Position numbers and translations under genes: made by a program. The notes under the pieces are model-generated. The model was not told where the DNA came from. It did not search any database and worked only from the letters and a program-made list of their open reading frames with translations. From Escherichia phage KarlSchell_Bas89, in sequence record PQ850613.1: a DNA stretch of 64,000 nucleotides; one strand, given 5' to 3'. This document shows, in pieces, positions 20,343 through 29,237 of this stretch (position 1 is the stretch's first letter; each line of letters starts with the position of its first letter).

Positions 20343-20599
20343 TGAATACCTCTTTCTTTCAGAGCTTCTAACAACCCATTGTGGTTAGCAGCACACTCTG
20401 GGTACTGGTCTTGATACCACTCTAGTGTCGTTAATATTGCAACACCTTGTGGACTTTTTAGCATCGGCAAATCTACACGACACTTAGTTTTTAGATTTGT
20501 TGGTAATGGCATTAACTGCCTGCTGTTGTCGCTCGTTGAACAGCTTGACGTACTCATCACTAGCGCAAACATTATAAAAAACTGGCTTAGTCTTTTCAT
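20339..20599 (-). CDS. candidate o-spanin (lipoprotein) overlapping the 3' end of the next gene
   Basis: Internal Met gives MKRLSQFFIMFALVMSTSSC (signal peptide plus Cys); different frame from the overlapping gene. Confidence 0.3.
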   Translation of the reverse strand: MKRLSQFFIMFALVMSTSSCSTSDNSRQLMPLPTNLKTKCRVDLPMLKSPQGVAILTTLEWYQDQYPECAANHNGLLEALKERGIQ

Positions 20600-20858
20600 A
20601 GTGCATCTCTTTGTAAACTGTCTCAGTGTTCTTCTTCCAGTCTGATAGACCATTGAGAACTCTCATAGCAACATCATCAGCTGCTTTGTTTCTCTCTATC
20701 TCTAATTCTTGCTGATGTTTCTCTTTGTCCAGATTATTACTATCTGTTTGATATTCGTTAAACTTCATACCACCAAAGAATACAAGAGCTGAAAAGATGA
20801 TGAACCCTAAGTTATCACTTAACGTGTTTTGCATATTATCTCCAACGAAAAAAGCCAC
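20484..20858 (-). CDS. candidate i-spanin (N-terminal TM helix plus coiled coil)
   Basis: LGFIIFSALVFFGG hydrophobic helix then charged helical region. Confidence 0.35.
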   Translation of the reverse strand: MAFFVGDNMQNTLSDNLGFIIFSALVFFGGMKFNEYQTDSNNLDKEKHQQELEIERNKAADDVAMRVLNGLSDWKKNTETVYKEMHYEKTKPVFYNVCASDEYVKLFNERQQQAVNAITNKSKN

Positions 20859-20870
20859 CCGAAGGTGGCT
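20846..20870 (-). terminator. rho-independent terminator (minus strand)
   Basis: AGCCACC-CGAA-GGTGGCT hairpin with A run on plus side (T run on minus), downstream of SSB gene. Confidence 0.65.
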
Positions 20871-20892
20871 AAACTGTTACAAGGAGAGATAC

Positions 20893-21633
20893 TTAGAATG
20901 GAGATTCGTCTTCTTCAAAAGTAGACTCAGGCTCACGATCAATAGTAGGGATAGAAGCAACCGGCTCTTTCTGCTCGTTCTCAGAAGCCTTAGTGACTTC
21001 ACGACCAGCGAGAGGAATGTTCTTAGCGTCATTAGCTTGGGTAAGCAGGTTACGCTGGAATGGGAAGATTACCTGATAAGCAGCTACGTTATCATCTGTT
21101 TCAGCATACGGTTCGAAGAAGACCAGAGGACTGCGAGCAGCAGCAACAGCTTCACGATACTTGGTAGGAATCGGAGTAATCTGTTTGATAGAGTTCTTAA
21201 CTTCACCAGCTTTGTTGGTGTAAGAGTTGATTAGAACGTTTACAGGCTGACCTAACAGCATTTCTTTAAACCAAGCCAAATCACCTTTCAGTGCTTGGAT
21301 GCTAGGGTCAACCATCTTAATTAGGTTGAGAATACCAGAGTTCTTAGCTCGTGGGTTTACATCGAAGCTCTTAAACTGACATGCAGGGCGCGGGTCAAGA
21401 GCATTGCCTTCAGAGTCCTTACCGGTTGCATCAACACCAATCAGCTCAAACGCCAAGTCCATACGGAAAGCTGGGTTCTTAGGAGTAACTGCTTTAGTCT
21501 TAGGGTCAACCCAAGGGTCACGATTGTGAACACCAAGACCAACAACACGAACGATACGAGCTTCGTACTCACCATCAGGGATTACGTCGTAGTTGGATTT
21601 ACGGGAAACGGACATAGTTGGGATAGAAGACAT
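20893..21633 (-). CDS. single-stranded DNA-binding protein (T7 gp2.5-like)
   Basis: Acidic C-terminal tail ending EEDESPF; position in replication module. Confidence 0.55.
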   Translation of the reverse strand: MSSIPTMSVSRKSNYDVIPDGEYEARIVRVVGLGVHNRDPWVDPKTKAVTPKNPAFRMDLAFELIGVDATGKDSEGNALDPRPACQFKSFDVNPRAKNSGILNLIKMVDPSIQALKGDLAWFKEMLLGQPVNVLINSYTNKAGEVKNSIKQITPIPTKYREAVAAARSPLVFFEPYAETDDNVAAYQVIFPFQRNLLTQANDAKNIPLAGREVTKASENEQKEPVASIPTIDREPESTFEEDESPF

Positions 21634-21680
21634 ATTTTAATTTCCTTATTTAATTTAAGATTGTTGCTCACTTTGAGCGG

Positions 21681-21699
21681 TTATGTATAGTATACATTA
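21681..21699. promoter_or_regulatory. near-palindromic TTATGTATA-g-TATACATTA element (back-to-back promoter-like 9-mers)
   Basis: Minus-strand TAATGTATA about 58 nt upstream of SSB start; one-mismatch copy on plus strand. Confidence 0.4.
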
Positions 21700-21762
21700 C
21701 ACCTATACCGATAAGGGTGCTATATAGTATAAGCAGTAGTGGTAGTAGATATTGACTACTAG

Positions 21763-21771
21763 TAATGTATA
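21763..21771 (+). promoter_or_regulatory. TAATGTATA promoter-like element facing an ORF-less region
   Basis: Exact 9-mer; downstream 280 nt has hairpins but no plus-strand ORF. Confidence 0.35.
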
Positions 21772-22048
21772 TATTGTATAGATGATAATTCTATTGCAGG
21801 CTTGTATATTGGGCAATTCTCAGAATCCCTTGCAAGTACCGAAGGGCAGGAGACACCTGCGAGATAAAAATAGAGAATTAAGGAATCCTTGATTTAGGTT
21901 GTAGGGACTCCTAGGGACTTTGATTCTCTATTTAAAAGAAATATTAATTACTTACTACCTAAATAGTTAACTAACTTACTTAAAACCTTTTCAATAAGAA
22001 TTGCTAAAAGGATAATTCCTAAGAAAGCTAATAAGAGAAAGGCATAAG

Positions 22049-22300
22049 TTACCATTCCATCATTCCTTTTAATCTAGATTCTTCTACTATTCGCTGATAG
22101 AGTAAGTTAGACTCAGCTTGATCTTTTAACATTTTACTGTATTGATCTCTGAGACTATCTTTATAAACAACAGGTGGTTTAAATAGTGATGATACTTTGT
22201 TCTTTTCTTCTTTCATCAAAAGTCTTCCTAATCTCTTGCAGAGATACAGCTTTAAAGTTGATTTGTTCCATCGAGGTACAGAAGTATCTCCAATCATCAA
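22049..22300 (-). CDS. hypothetical protein
   Basis: ORF, overlaps 3' end of next gene in another frame. Confidence 0.25.
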   Translation of the reverse strand: MMIGDTSVPRWNKSTLKLYLCKRLGRLLMKEEKNKVSSLFKPPVVYKDSLRDQYSKMLKDQAESNLLYQRIVEESRLKGMMEW

Positions 22301-22685
22301 TCACATGATTGTGAGTATGAGCATAGATGTTGAACTTCCCTCTCATTTCATCAGCGTGAATGGGAATGTGAGTCACCCAAAACTCTTTGTACTTGAAGTC
22401 ACCTGATACAGTTCTGAACACTTTCATAATCTGTGGTAACAAATCCAGTCTGTCATGATTCCCTAAGACAAGATGCTTCTCGCCTTTAATCTCATAGATG
22501 ATATCCAGTGCATATGGTTCAAACACCCAATCACCAGTGAAGAAAGTCTTATCTCGTTTAGTCACATGGTCAAACGCTGAAAGAACTGCTTTATCGTGCT
22601 CTTCAATACTACCAAACTGTTTACGAAACTTGCAGATATTACGATGACCTAAGTGACCATCTCCTGCGAAATATACTTCAGCCAT
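22179..22685 (-). CDS. metallophosphoesterase (calcineurin-like)
   Basis: GDGHLGH, GDWV, LGNHD, AHTHNH motifs. Confidence 0.7.
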   Translation of the reverse strand: MAEVYFAGDGHLGHRNICKFRKQFGSIEEHDKAVLSAFDHVTKRDKTFFTGDWVFEPYALDIIYEIKGEKHLVLGNHDRLDLLPQIMKVFRTVSGDFKYKEFWVTHIPIHADEMRGKFNIYAHTHNHVIDDWRYFCTSMEQINFKAVSLQEIRKTFDERRKEQSIITI

Positions 22686-22694
22686 AAAGACCTC

Positions 22695-23177
22695 TTAGAT
22701 AGTTAATTTGTGATCTTCCTCCGCTCTGTTTCTGACAGAGACGGCTTCCTCTAGGGTTGAGAAAGTTCCTAGGTATTTAGTTTTACCTTTAATGTGTATG
22801 TTGGCTATGTACTTCCCTCTTGAATTGAGGTACACACCCTTAGCCCCTGAGGTGTTGTTAGAATTCAAACCCTTATTCCAAGAGTTATTCTCGTTGTTAA
22901 CCTCTCTAAGGTTGCCTATGGAATCATTGGAAGGATTTCGATCAATGTGGTCTATTTGATCTTTAGGTAAAACGCCATTAGCAAAATACCAAATGATATG
23001 GTATCTGTAAATAGCTCTTCCTTTCAATCGAATAAACACTCTTCCATCCTTTTTTGAAGTTCCTGCCTCATCACCTCGCCTGCATTTTGTTCCGTTGTGA
23101 ATTCTCCAGAACACTTTCCCAGATGATAAATCACAAACAAAGAACTCATCCAGAAGATCTTCTATCATATCATGCAA
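22695..23177 (-). CDS. HNH homing endonuclease with AP2-like DNA-binding domain
   Basis: IDHIDRNPSNDSIGNLREVNNENN plus YLGTFSTLEEAVSVRNRA. Confidence 0.75.
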   Translation of the reverse strand: MHDMIEDLLDEFFVCDLSSGKVFWRIHNGTKCRRGDEAGTSKKDGRVFIRLKGRAIYRYHIIWYFANGVLPKDQIDHIDRNPSNDSIGNLREVNNENNSWNKGLNSNNTSGAKGVYLNSRGKYIANIHIKGKTKYLGTFSTLEEAVSVRNRAEEDHKLTI

Positions 23178-23386
23178 CCATCACACACGAAATCCCCACT
23201 CAGGGATTCTTGTAATAAACGACTTTGTTCATCAGAGACTAACTGATTAACAACTTTCTGTAACTCTAACAGTTGATCAAAATCTATATATTGTCCTTCC
23301 TCAAGAACGTTAGTTTCAATCCCCCATAAAGGTGACGGCATGTTTCCACTTGCATTAAAAATCATCGTATGTTTCCTTATGTCCAA
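23165..23386 (-). CDS. hypothetical protein
   Basis: ORF only. Confidence 0.3.
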   Translation of the reverse strand: MDIRKHTMIFNASGNMPSPLWGIETNVLEEGQYIDFDQLLELQKVVNQLVSDEQSRLLQESLSGDFVCDGCMI

Positions 23387-23516
23387 GATTTAGCTTTTAC
23401 TTCAACGTAGGTTTTAACTTCACCTTTCAGAACCTCTTGAGAAGCGATAGCGCTTTCTTCAGAGTGGTGTACAACGGTAATTACTTTCTTTCCAATCTTA
23501 TAAGTATGAACCCAAA

Positions 23517-23723
23517 TCATTTAACTTCCTCAATATCAACTAATTCGAAACTCCCTATTTCTTCAAGCTGGATAATCTTTTCAACCTTCTCAACAGCTTT
23601 AATAGGGTTCTCTTCTTCTACAACCTTACACCCCGACACCACGAGACTGCCTGTCCCACGAAGGTATAGATTTAACTTATAGATCACTTTGTAATATTTC
23701 ACCTTGATAAGACCCTTCCCCAA
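23517..23723 (-). CDS. hypothetical protein
   Basis: ORF only. Confidence 0.3.
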   Translation of the reverse strand: MGKGLIKVKYYKVIYKLNLYLRGTGSLVVSGCKVVEEENPIKAVEKVEKIIQLEEIGSFELVDIEEVK

Positions 23724-23874
23724 TCTTTGATGTAACAGCGACCATCAATCCACTTGGTCTCTGATTTAAATTCTTGAGAGATTCTTGTTTCACAGTCTTC
23801 TTTACTGTAGTCACCAAGCATCTCCATAACACAAATAAACAGAGCTATACCAATGGCCCACAAGATTAACTTCT

Positions 23875-24267
23875 TCATCGAATCACCAAAGGCTCATCAG
23901 AGTACACAGGAGCGGCTATTTCTACAGGAGGTGCTGCTTTAAGGTCATTAAGTCTTACACCCTTTAGCATCCCATCTAGGTGGTCCATTTTAGGGATTCC
24001 AACAGGGAAGTCATCAATCCAGATATCTACAAAGAAACCTAGTTGACGACATACATCATCCTTCTGTACACCATTACAAAAGATAACAGGAATCTGTAAG
24101 GTCTCTGCATCATAGAGAATGTCTACGTTGTCATACCCGTTAGGCTCTGAGAATCGGAAAGTTACAAATCGAACATCGTGCCCATTTGCTTTCATTAAAC
24201 CAATCACGTCTCTCCACAAGCGTCTATCCGCTGTGTATGTATCATCATAATCTAAACCAATGTTCAT
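23875..24267 (-). CDS. HAD-like phosphatase (putative)
   Basis: N-terminal IGLDYDDTY resembles HAD motif I. Confidence 0.4.
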   Translation of the reverse strand: MNIGLDYDDTYTADRRLWRDVIGLMKANGHDVRFVTFRFSEPNGYDNVDILYDAETLQIPVIFCNGVQKDDVCRQLGFFVDIWIDDFPVGIPKMDHLDGMLKGVRLNDLKAAPPVEIAAPVYSDEPLVIR

Positions 24268-24284
24268 ATCTAATCCTTAGACAA

Positions 24285-24312
24285 GAAAAGCCGCCCGAAG
24301 GCAGCTCTTTAT
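24285..24312 (-). terminator. putative terminator hairpin (A/T runs on both sides)
   Basis: GCCGCC-CGAA-GGCAGC imperfect hairpin flanked by AAAA and TTTATTTTAT. Confidence 0.45.
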
Positions 24313-24313
24313 T

Positions 24314-24511
24314 TTATGCTTCTTGTTCTTCTGGCTCTTCAGCGTTCAACTGTTCCAGTCGATCATTCTCAATACTAAGATCAATAACTACACCAGTAAG
24401 TTCTACTACAGCCTGACGCAGTGCGTCTTTACCCATCGAGTTAACTTGGGTCAGGAAGAATGCTTTACCTTCTTCGGTGGATAGGGTTTCTTTAAGTTCA
24501 ATAGGGGTCAT
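24314..24511 (-). CDS. hypothetical protein
   Basis: ORF only. Confidence 0.3.
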   Translation of the reverse strand: MTPIELKETLSTEEGKAFFLTQVNSMGKDALRQAVVELTGVVIDLSIENDRLEQLNAEEPEEQEA

Positions 24512-24858
24512 TTATTATCTCTCATAAATTCGGGTTACTGTACCACCCGCAGCTTCTACTTGAGCTACGAATGAATCACGCTCTTCATCTGTATAAACCA
24601 GCTCATTCAGGAAGATCCCTTCAGAGTCTTGGTACAAGATGTTCCACTTAGGCAGGGGCTTACGAATCAAGTCCATCACTCTTTATCCTCCCGTTCTTTC
24701 CACAGTTGGGCTAGTTCTAAATAATACTCAGCTTCGTCAGTGCGTCCTTGTTCTTTACAGATGCTATGCTGACGGAAGCACCAATCTGAAGGTTGCTCTT
24801 CCACTTCCTTGTCTCCTTGAGAAGTAATCAATAAGACTACTTCATTTGTTTTTCCAAT

Positions 24859-25050
24859 TCACTCTGCCATTTGAGGAATCTCTAGATGCTTTATAGAGAA
24901 GTTTTTATTTGGGAAAGTCTTTATTAGCCAAGCTGCTTCTTGGATAGCTTTGTTTTCTTTCTCGTAAATACAAAGCCGAGCATCCAAGGAAACAATTCTC
25001 CCGGTTTCGCTGACGATTACCCATGTTTTATAGGTATAAGTAGGGGTCAT
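24859..25050 (-). CDS. hypothetical protein
   Basis: ORF only. Confidence 0.3.
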   Translation of the reverse strand: MTPTYTYKTWVIVSETGRIVSLDARLCIYEKENKAIQEAAWLIKTFPNKNFSIKHLEIPQMAE

Positions 25051-25066
25051 TGATAATCCTTTTGAA

Positions 25067-25552
25067 TCAATGTGTGTGATTCCAATTTAATCCAATCTGA
25101 CAGTCAGATGCCAGAGGGCATTCCATCTTGAGATACTCACCAGCTTTCTTAACACAAAGCTCTGTAAGCTCTTTTAGCTTTTGTGCATCATTACGGTGAA
25201 CAGAGAACTGCCCTTCATCGTGCATGTCAATAACCTTCGCACAACGAACACCATCACGCTCAATCCACTTGTTAAGGAAAAGCATGGCATACTTCATAAC
25301 AATCGCACCAGCACTCTGTAAGAGAGTATTCAGTGCTTTATGAACCATTACCTTGCCTGTTGCATCACGTCTCATTGTAATACGACGACCATCAACACCC
25401 AAGATATAACCTTGAGCTGCTTTCTCTGTCATACGCTCAATAAGAATTGCAATACAAGGATTCTCTGCCAAGAAACGTGCTCTCATTACTGCACCTTCTT
25501 CAGAGCCTCCACCAACGATAGAACCGAGCTTAGCATCACCTGCCCCATCAAT
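25067..25552 (-). CDS. DNA polymerase (family A, T7 gp5-like), 3' segment (after the inserted HNH element)
   Basis: Frame open upstream of the listed Met gives IDGAGDAKLGSIVGG...; contains ALNTLLQSAGA and motif C HDE; protein ends in H like T7 gp5 (from memory). Confidence 0.7.
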   Translation of the reverse strand: MDGAGDAKLGSIVGGGSEEGAVMRARFLAENPCIAILIERMTEKAAQGYILGVDGRRITMRRDATGKVMVHKALNTLLQSAGAIVMKYAMLFLNKWIERDGVRCAKVIDMHDEGQFSVHRNDAQKLKELTELCVKKAGEYLKMECPLASDCQIGLNWNHTH

Positions 25553-26332
25553 AGTTCAAGCAAAGGCGCTACTCTTTGCTCCGTTCTCTTATGAACTGCT
25601 TACAGTTTCCTGTAAGATCGGACTATATCTTCATCTCCACCTTTACGTGCTGAGAGACAGGCGCTTCCGTAACACTTGTTACGTACTCCCTTCCGGGATA
25701 GTCTCTGAACTTTCCGTGACACAAACTTTTCTACATAGATCAATGAACTGAGCATCAGATAGTTTACCTTTTGCATTATTCACTTCCCAAGTTACCCATT
25801 GGACATTTCCAATTTCGTAACCTTTCGAATTATCCTTCCTATCTAAAGAAAGTTTATTCGGGTGTCCGCTGACGAAAGATAGTGAATCCCCTGTCAAGGC
25901 ACATTTGTAGTTTTGCTGAGAAAGAAGCTCGAATAAATAGTCTTGAGTAATCGTGAACTCAAAACCCCTTTCTCTAGCTCTGTGATGGGAGTTGTGATAT
26001 CTCTCACGAACCGCTCCACCCCAAGTTTGTCGATATTGTCCCATAGCAGCAGATGCTGCACTTCTGTTTCGACGTCTCCACTCATTTGAAGCAATGCGAG
26101 CACAATTTTTACATTGACATTGCTTTCCATCTTTACTCTTAGATGAATTATGGAAACTGTCGAGTGGCTTTTCTTCGCCACAGCTTGAACATATCTTTGT
26201 CATAAACACCTCCTTGTGTTGATGTTTATGTCACGGCTTAGCTGCTGATTGGCATATCTTTCGACTTAGCTTTCCAGCAATTCACCTGTTTTGCTTCTGC
26301 ACATTTCTATGCAGTGAACCAATTATTTAGTT
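25553..26332 (-). mobile_element. candidate group I intron carrying an HNH endonuclease ORF, inserted in polymerase motif B
   Basis: Upstream piece stops right after TFIYAF, downstream frame resumes at IDGAGD; about 780 nt between, containing an ORF with its own RBS; boundaries approximate. Confidence 0.45.
25679..26209 (-). CDS. HNH homing endonuclease (insertion-encoded)
   Basis: SLDRKDNSKGYEIGNVQWVTWEVN; own RBS AAGGAGG. Confidence 0.8.
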   Translation of the reverse strand: MFMTKICSSCGEEKPLDSFHNSSKSKDGKQCQCKNCARIASNEWRRRNRSAASAAMGQYRQTWGGAVRERYHNSHHRARERGFEFTITQDYLFELLSQQNYKCALTGDSLSFVSGHPNKLSLDRKDNSKGYEIGNVQWVTWEVNNAKGKLSDAQFIDLCRKVCVTESSETIPEGST

Positions 26333-27694
26333 AAAGGCATATATAAATGTCTTCGCATTGTCACGAGTAGGAAGACCAGCAAGTCTCTGGTTGTGGGAGT
26401 GGATATCACCTTCTAATAAAATGTCACGATACATAACAGCAGAAGCTAAACCACGTTCAGCCAATGCTTTCTTACCAGCGTTACCTTCTGCAATGGCTTC
26501 AGCAAGCATGTCTCTACACTCTTTAATGAGGTAGTGAGCAAGCATACGAAGCTCTAATCCAGAACCGTCATAACCTAAGAAGAGTTCTCTACCAGCTGGT
26601 ACATAATATTTATACAGACCTACCGGTTTGTCTTTCTTTCCGGGTTTTCCACGTTCGTAGATAACGTTTGTATTTTTTCGTAAGTAACACCCATCAGGGA
26701 TATTGTTGGTAATGATGAAAGGATAGTTATGACTATCATCTGTGGAGTAGTTAGATTGAAATAAACTCCTACACTCGTGACCAAACAAACCGCGAGAAGG
26801 AATATTAACAACAATGCGATGTTTAAAACGAAATGTCGGAGTAGCGCAGCTATTAGCTTCCGCTGAGAGTTTACCATCTGGACGTTCCTTATCAATCAGT
26901 CCATTAATCAAGCCTAGTCTGTGAGCCGCTACAACACGTCTCTTAAGCAGACTTCCCACTTTACCTAGATCACCCTCAAGACCTTCTTCAAGAGTCTCTT
27001 CGAGGTTTGTAGGAGCTGTGGGCCACTTGTTTGAAGTAGCTAATGCTCTCTTAATTTCATCAAAGGTTACAGGTTTCTTCCTGTTAGGGTTCAAACCTAA
27101 ACCAAAGACATAAGCCTTCATGTAGTTGACAGTTTTGTGACGGAAGTGCTTATCCAAGAACTTCTTGATATCAGCATCAACCATCTGAGCTGTCTGTCGC
27201 TCTTTCTCATTGCCACGCATCCAAGAGTTGTACCATTCTTGATACGTTCCACACTTACGCATGGCTCGCTTAATCTCAAATGTGTTCCAAGGCTTCTTAG
27301 ATGTATTAAATTCTGGAGGAAGAAAACCTTCATCCATCAGTGCTTCTTTAACTCGTGCATCCTTTGATGGGTCAAAGTCAACATACTCAACACAAGTAAA
27401 AGCTCCACCAATATCTTCTCTCTTTAACCCTACTCTGTCGCAATATAATTGAGGCCACTTCTGAAGAGCACCAGTCTTCTTAAAGGGTTTCATGTAAGTA
27501 GAGCCATCAACCCTCATCTTAGGTAACAGAGGAATTAATTCTCTGTCGATGTTAACGATAATCTCTCTGAGAAGGTGAACATACCACCGTGCATTCCTCC
27601 GATTAAAGTTGACACCACTCTTCGCTTGCTTTGAAATTATATCAGCGACAGTCATCTCCGTTAAGAACGGAAGTACATCAGGGTTCTCCATCAC
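26333..27694 (-). CDS. DNA polymerase (family A, T7 gp5-like), 5' segment of polymerase domain
   Basis: GYDGSGLELRMLAHYL (motif A) and LPTRDNAKTFIYAF (start of motif B) closely match T7 gp5 as recalled. Confidence 0.8.
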
Positions 27695-27706
27695 CCTCTC
27701 CTTTTA

Positions 27707-28084
27707 TTATCGGTATAGTAAATCTGTAAATGCTTGATTATCTGCTATTACATCCAAAGCCTCATCCGTGCTAGGAGTTTCAGCTTCTTCTACTTGGTAC
27801 ACAACCTCACGCACACGGAAAGCTCTTGCAGGAACCCTAAAGCCAGCATGTCTCTCCATAACATCTTTCTGAACCTGTGCAAGTTTCATACCCCACACTT
27901 CTTCATAAAGCTCTGGATGTTTATTACTAATAACTACATATTGGCGATGTACGGATTTCGACTCTCTGACCTTAGCTAGTAACTCATTAAACAGGTCTAA
28001 CTCTTCTTCAGAGAGTGCATCCACAATATCTTCCCACTTCTCTACACAGAAGCGGTGGGCATGTCTGATAGGTAATGGCATCAT
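27707..28084 (-). CDS. hypothetical protein
   Basis: ORF directly upstream of polymerase gene. Confidence 0.4.
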   Translation of the reverse strand: MMPLPIRHAHRFCVEKWEDIVDALSEEELDLFNELLAKVRESKSVHRQYVVISNKHPELYEEVWGMKLAQVQKDVMERHAGFRVPARAFRVREVVYQVEEAETPSTDEALDVIADNQAFTDLLYR

Positions 28085-28339
28085 TTACCCCTTAGGGAAA
28101 GGAAGAAGATTTTCTACTGCAACACGATAAACTTTTTCTACGTTTTTGTTTTTATAGGAGATAAACTTGCCATCAGCACCACGAAGAATTACATTAGTGC
28201 GAGCAGTCTTCGGGTTCTGGGAAATCTGACCAGCAATGATAGACGCATTAATCGCATTATCAGCGAAGTTAGCAAACTTCCACTTAACCAGTTTATTGGA
28301 AATTGAATCGATGATAGTTACAGTTTTTACGATAGACAT
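28085..28339 (-). CDS. hypothetical protein
   Basis: ORF only. Confidence 0.35.
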   Translation of the reverse strand: MSIVKTVTIIDSISNKLVKWKFANFADNAINASIIAGQISQNPKTARTNVILRGADGKFISYKNKNVEKVYRVAVENLLPFPKG

Positions 28340-28363
28340 ATTTTATTACCTAAAGGGTTTGTA

Positions 28364-28393
28364 TAAAAGAAAAGGCCACCCAAGCGGGTAGCC
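28364..28393 (-). terminator. putative rho-independent terminator (minus strand)
   Basis: GGCCACCC-AAGC-GGGTAGCC hairpin with A-rich run on plus side. Confidence 0.5.
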
Positions 28394-28398
28394 TCTGA

Positions 28399-28893
28399 TT
28401 AACTAGAGCTTAAAGCGTGTCTGATAGCTGTATGGCTTACACCAAACATCCTACCTAAAGCTCTTGTTCCAAACTGAGCAGAACCTTTGACATAAAGGTT
28501 TTTAACTCTTTTAACATCCTCTGTATTAAGTTTCATTCTAGGGTTTATGTTCCTGTGATGGCCTACATTAAGACCTGTATCAAAAGAATGTTGAACATTC
28601 TCAGAAGCATCTGCCCACTCTAGATTCTCAATACGATTATCACTTTTTACACCATTCTTATGATTTATCTGAGGTTTGTTTTCAGGGTTAGGTATGAAAA
28701 AGGTTGCTATCAACCTATGAGCTTTCCATGACCTCCCTTCAAAATAAACCCTAATATAACCTTTAGTGTCTAAGTGGCCAGCCTCTTTACCCGGATGGCT
28801 CTTATTCCACTTAAAACCTTTTGAAGATGACTCTGTGTAAAACAGACGACCAGAATCTCTATCATAAGAGAGGTAGTCGGATATAGGAATCAC
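28399..28893 (-). CDS. HNH homing endonuclease
   Basis: AHRLIATFFIPNPENKPQINHKNGVKSDNRIENLEWADASEN. Confidence 0.8.
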   Translation of the reverse strand: MIPISDYLSYDRDSGRLFYTESSSKGFKWNKSHPGKEAGHLDTKGYIRVYFEGRSWKAHRLIATFFIPNPENKPQINHKNGVKSDNRIENLEWADASENVQHSFDTGLNVGHHRNINPRMKLNTEDVKRVKNLYVKGSAQFGTRALGRMFGVSHTAIRHALSSS

Positions 28894-29201
28894 TGACTCA
28901 GCGCCCCCTTCCTTCCACCATTTGATTTTCCAGCTCGATCTCCACTTTTGCCGCCAGCTGAACGATTGCTGCTGACTGTCTCAACACGTAAATTGCTTGA
29001 CGCATTAGAGCCTCCTGATTTAATGGCTCGTTTGTGTCCGACATCTTTACCTTTGAGTGCAGATTTTCCAACGCGTTTCTCAACGATGCGACGTGCACGG
29101 TGGCGCTGAGCATCTCCGCTCTTACTTCCAACTCCCGTTTCACCTCTTGCGATGGCTGTACGTCTTTCTTGTGCATAATCTCTTTTAGCCTTATCAGTCA
29201 T
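28890..29201 (-). CDS. basic K/R/G/S-rich small protein (possible nucleic-acid-binding)
   Basis: Good RBS AAGGAG 8 nt upstream; TAATGTATA 37 nt upstream; a second ORF (28898-29176) is open in another frame. Confidence 0.4.
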   Translation of the reverse strand: MTDKAKRDYAQERRTAIARGETGVGSKSGDAQRHRARRIVEKRVGKSALKGKDVGHKRAIKSGGSNASSNLRVETVSSNRSAGGKSGDRAGKSNGGRKGALSQ

Positions 29202-29237
29202 TTACAACTCCTTAATATATCAGTGTACACTAAGGAG

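Noticed and set aside
20797-21234. Plus-strand 145-aa ORF antisense to the SSB gene
   Set aside because: Antisense overlap with a motif-supported gene and no RBS; same reasoning for plus-strand ORFs at 31026-31463, 40525-41112 and 44759-45328.
25553-26332. Intein in the DNA polymerase
   Set aside because: The HNH ORF is in a different frame with its own RBS and start, and the upstream exon ends at a stop codon; an intein would be an in-frame fusion.
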